From assembly GCA_000708835.1 (NCBI GenBank), contig DF237376.1:15116-79115 (forward strand): DNA of 64,000 bases, in the 5' to 3' direction. The translations under genes and the position numbers were made by a program. Numbering within the stretch: position 1 is the first letter of the stretch; the number at the start of each line of letters is the position of its first letter. The DNA is from Klebsormidium nitens (Eukaryota; Plantae; Klebsormidiophyceae). The notes beneath the pieces were generated by a model, which saw nothing but the letters and a program-made list of their open reading frames with translations, was not told where the DNA came from and searched no databases. Shown piece after piece: positions 59,985-64,000 of this stretch.

Positions 59985-60907
59985 CGCACCGCCTGCGCTT
60001 CTTCACTTCCTCAACTAAGACTGCCTTCTCTCTGGACAAGGTAAGAAGCACGCGGCATCATCTGGGCACGTTTGCACGTTGCACCTCCTGTCACCACTTC
60101 TGGCCCCCCTAAATTGTGACTCTTCAAGTTCTGCCCTGTGTGTACAAAATGAGAGCTGGCGCTGTTTTCCTAGTGCCCTGTTGATAAGCGTGGAAATGCC
60201 AGCTGGTTAATTGGTCGGCTGGCTGACACGGGCTTCTCACCGCAGAAGAGATCCGTTTCTCTGCACAATTTTACTTGCTTACTACACTTTTCTTGAGCCA
60301 CCTTCCAAAATCAGGCGTTGATGCACGATTGAGGCGCTACTCCACTCTGATCAAGGACTCTTTCTTGTGCCACAAAGCCCTTCCGCCAATACAACCACAT
60401 CAGAAAGCAGGTTGCCTGCAACTTGCCAATGCAACCGGCTCCTCCCTGGCTACAATCAGAGCAATCTAGCTCCTCCAGTGCCCACACAAAGCGCCTCCCA
60501 GCTGCTGCTTGCGGCTCTGTACACGCTCTGCTATGCTGACCAGTGTGCTGCTGTAATTCGTAGCGACGTACCGTACCGTAGCCTGCTTACGTCCCTGAAG
60601 TTGAAGGGGCTCCCTCTTTCAGTGAACAGGTTAAGTACAGAAACGTGGTCATGAACGTGGTGTCAAAAACACGAGATTCCAACAATGATCGCGCGATTGA
60701 CACTGTAAGCTTTTGGCGTCAGTGATTTGCATGGTCACCGCCCGAAACCAAGTGATGGAGGAGGCGCTAGAGCTACCGGCCTCAGCATTGCTGCCATTGC
60801 TAGCGTTCCAGAAAACTCTGAAAAGGCAGGATAAGGGCGCCCTTCTTGAAGTCTGCGGGTACAACAACCTCCGCTGCCAGTTTCGAAACGACTGTCACTT
60901 GGCCACA

Positions 60908-62258
60908 ATGGCGCAGGCTGCCGTAGCCAGGATCAGTGCAATCCCCGCATTTCATGGCACCACAAATGTGCGTCTCCGGACAGAGCGTCCCCCTACTACA
61001 CCCTTCGTTCCATTGCAAGCTGCAAATACAAGTTGCATGGGTGCAGCACCTTGCAAAATTGTCACAGTCAACCAGGTTCCGAAGACTCTGAGGGTTGCAC
61101 GTTGTGGCAAAGCGTTCTTGGGTGGTGAGCAGGAGCTGGGGCGGCAACAGAGACAGCGCCCCCGAGCCACGCGTAGACCCGGAGCGGTTGCGGCAGAGCT
61201 GGCCTCGCTCGCAGAGACCGAGGCGGTGCCAATAAAGACAGCCGACGGGAACTTGCAGAAGTTTCCAGCTGCACCAGGTATGATATTTGCACTCTGATTG
61301 CGTCAAACATGTTATAGAAAGTTGCAGCAGGTGAATGACGCTTGTAGCAAGCTGCAGTTTGATGCGCAGTTGGCTATCTGCGACGGAAAATGCTGTGGTC
61401 TTCGTCAAAGAAGAAGAATAAGCTGTCAAACTTGGCAGGCTCGTCAGAACCTTCGGGTCACATATTGCTCTTGGTAGTTGATACCTTACTATGCACTTCC
61501 TGCAGTGCTCATTGTGTGACGTCTGAAAGGGAAAATGCAGAGGAAAGAAAGGTTTCAGCCAGGTGCCTTGCCAATCTTGCTGATTACCCCGCTCTAAGAC
61601 ATTTCTGATGTGCTTGTGCCCCCTCCCCTCAGGCGTGTACGCGATCTACGACTCCAATCAAGACGTTCAATTCATTGGCCTGTCACGGAAAGTATCCGTC
61701 AGCTTAGAGGGGCATGCAGAAGACCTCCCGGAGCTGGTGTCCTCCGCCAAAGTCGCGGTGGTCCAGAACGTAGACCGGAGCGCACTCCAAGCGGCCTGGA
61801 AAGCGTGGGTCGAAGAGTACATTCAGCAGGCGGGCAAAGTGCCCCCCGGCAACGTAACCGGCAATGACACATGGACGAAGCGGAAAGCGAGGGGAGCGAA
61901 GCCGGAGATCAGGCTCACGCCCGGGGCGCACGTAAAGCTGACCGTGCCGTTGGAAGAGATCATAGACAAGGTGGTGAAGGACGTGCCGGTGGTGGCTTTC
62001 ATCAAGGGGACGCGGACGGCGCCGCAGTGCGGGTTCTCGTACAGGGTGCTGACGTTGTTGAATGAGAGCAAGGTAGACTATGAGGTCGTGAATGTCTTGG
62101 ACGAGGATCATAACCCGGGGCTAAGGGAGGCCATCAAGCAGTACAGCCAATGGCCGACCATCCCGCAGGTGTTTGTCAAGGGGGAGTTCATTGGGGGGGC
62201 GGACATTCTGGAGGAGATGGTGCAGAAGAATGAACTCAAGCCTCTCGTTAGCAAGTGA
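60908..62258 (+). CDS. GRXS16: Plastid monothiol glutaredoxin S16 (GIY-YIG-like domain + CGFS glutaredoxin); exons 60908-61277, 61633-62258 (~331 aa)
   Basis: Ala/Arg/Thr-rich transit-peptide-like N-terminus; PGVYAIYD..QFIGLSR, GKVPPGN, IRLTPG.HV.LTVPLEE; Grx motifs AFIKGTRTAPQCGFS, WPTIPQVFVKGEFIGG. Confidence 0.95.
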
Positions 62259-63653
62259 GGTGTTCTGCATCGGAAATGTACCGAGCTTTGAACTGCGCAA
62301 ACAACTTGGCATGCAATAATTGATCCTTTTCTTCTTGTCTCGTATGGATTGACCATGACGATCAACCATATAAGAGCTATAGTTTCGCAGGAAAATGATG
62401 ATTGCTTAGACTGTATCGATATCCATTGTGCAATCCGAAGGCCTGCCGGCCCTTCAGTGAGAGCAAGGAAGGCATATATGAAGATGGACTGGACTCAAAA
62501 CCGTCTGCATTGGAAACGTCAGATGCCAACATGAAGCTATGGACCTAGCGACACAATGCAGAAAGAAGAACATGGCTGAGTAAAGTTAGCGGGGCTAGCT
62601 TATAGTGGCACAGATCGAAGGTGTGTCGATGGTCTCTTTTCGTACTCGTCGATGCTTCATGCAACCGAAACCCGGCCGATTCTAAGCCCTCATGCAGGTC
62701 TATGAGAAGCCTTACGATCGGCGCAATTAGGCCATGTGCAATAGAACCGGAACTTACTTAACTCTGAGTCAGATCGATGCATGTGGCACTCAATACAGTC
62801 TGGCGCAGTAAACATGAGCAATTGGAACGGCACCTTTTGCAGATTCCGCTGTACCGATCATGCATCCATGCAGGCCATCTATGAACACAAAACTTGTACA
62901 CATATGTCCGACCGCTCGCAAACTGAACGTTCTGGCATGTGAAACATGTGTGACGTGCTAGTTGCGCGCTCAAGACATGTACTAATTCGCATGTTCTATG
63001 CTTGGCATTCATTGGGCACTAGTCCTCTGTCCGTTAACACATCCAGACGCGGAAGCCCGGCATGACACGGAATCAAACTCTTGATATGATACGGTCGTTC
63101 CAATCCTCGACAAGGAAGTCGACACAACAGACAATGATTCAAAAACGTCCAGTCTCTCATCGATATAGTAAATATGATGATCTCACATGCACTTTGCACA
63201 CACACAAGAGTTGGAACATGTAATCAACCCCGGGACATGCACACCAGCTTGAGCATCAAAGGAATCTCCATATCAAGCTGGAAATCCGAGTGCAAACTCC
63301 GACATGAAATGTAAGCGTGCATATTGTGGCCGGGATCTGTGTCTCGAGTCTGTACTTAAGGTGAGAATGGCGTCAGATAAAGAGCCATGTTTGGCACGTA
63401 CGTACTCGGCTTTTGAGCAGGGTGCCTATGTGCGTTGTATAAGTGCCACTGCTTTGCGCTATGCTTTGGGGATGCTGAGAGAGGCTGAGCATGCTGACCA
63501 GGCTGAGACGAACTTCCGGCTCTAAAGCCGTTCTGGTCCTTCAATAAGCGGGTAACAGGCGTTTAAGGTTTTGACAGAGGAGGACAATCTGTCCTCCAAA
63601 AACAGTGTATCATTATTCTTTAGACAGAAATTCCGGTGGAGCTCAAGACTCCC

Positions 63654-63798
63654 TCAGTTCTCTTGAACCTTCGCACGTGCTTGGCACTCCCGTTTGTGCC
63701 CAGCTTTCCAGTCCGCTAGCTGACATCCTTGACCGCAATATCGGGCGTTCTTACATTTGCCACACATCAGAAATGTCCCCTTCTGCTTCTCGACACGC
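63654..63798 (-). CDS. C-terminal half of a MYND zinc finger (5' part missing or displaced)
   Basis: FLMCGKCKNARYCGQGCQLADWKAGHKRECQARAKVQEN* fits CxxC-x4-YC-xxx-CQ-xxx-W-xxx-H-xxx-C. Confidence 0.75.
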
Positions 63799-64000
63799 GT
63801 AGTCGTCCACACTCTTGGACCCCTGAGACAACTTGTTCCAGGTGTCCCAATAGGACTGAATGGGGGTACGTAGACCATAGCCCCGAATCATAGTGTCCCT
63901 GAAAAACCGACGTGCATCGCCAACATAACCCCCTGCATTAGCAGCGTTCCCGGGATACGCTCCAGGGTGAGCTGCCTGCCATGCCTCCCACTGCGATATC
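63799..64000 (-). mobile_element. Ty3/Gypsy-like retrotransposon Gag fragment (runs off the window end)
   Basis: The frame from 63999 reads ...RRFFRDTMIRGYGLRTPIQSYWDTWNKLSQGSKSVDDY, resembling the Retrotrans_gag core F...Y......L.QG..SV.EY. It then enters MYND-coding DNA out of frame and stops at 63751. Confidence 0.6.

Noticed and set aside
60713-60907. N-terminal extension of GRXS16 in the ORF track
   Set aside because: Begins at a non-ATG codon; ATG 60908 gives a normal transit-peptide-like start.
59985-60907. Head-to-head pairs SEC6/GRXS16 and PFD4/MFS as bidirectional promoters
   Set aside because: Spacing of ~1 kb is ordinary for a compact genome; no specific motif evidence.
3098-62111. 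Many long antisense or alternate-frame ORFs over GC-rich exons (e.g. 3098-3628, 4533-4900, 12669-13136, 48691-49248, 61704-62111)
   Set aside because: Shadow ORFs expected from high GC3 content; no independent motifs.

Overview
Intron-rich eukaryotic nuclear DNA with GC-rich exons and GT-AG introns. Gene content and style suggest a streptophyte green alga such as Klebsormidium (inference). Phase-consistent gene models were rebuilt by hand for: the 3' part of an LRR protein, a group-1 LEA/Em-like gene, prefoldin subunit 4, an OCT7/NiaP-like MFS transporter (9 exons), a TM-Cache-like-TM-HAMP-HisKA-HATPase-REC-REC hybrid histidine kinase (15 exons), exocyst SEC6 (22 exons) and plastid GRXS16. 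The 32-45 kb interval holds mostly damaged or chimeric sequence: F-box/LRR remnants, a disrupted MYND-finger gene, two tRNA-like relics (one inside a foldback element) and a chimeric gene carrying exons homologous to the Em gene 39 kb away. The window ends in a Gag-like retrotransposon fragment abutting a MYND half-finger. The most striking feature is recurrent 'exon-edge echo' arrays. Introns of three unrelated genes contain ~90-175 bp tandem copies of a splice site plus the adjacent exon edge, many with intact AG/GT sites, and in the MFS array divergence rises with distance from the real exon. Other highlights are a dense GTAC (SBP/CuRE-like) cluster upstream of the kinase, a 69-bp retro-insertion with a 13-bp TSD, and a GRXS16 lacking both auxiliary cysteines. 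No searches or computations were run; all homology calls come from motif recognition.
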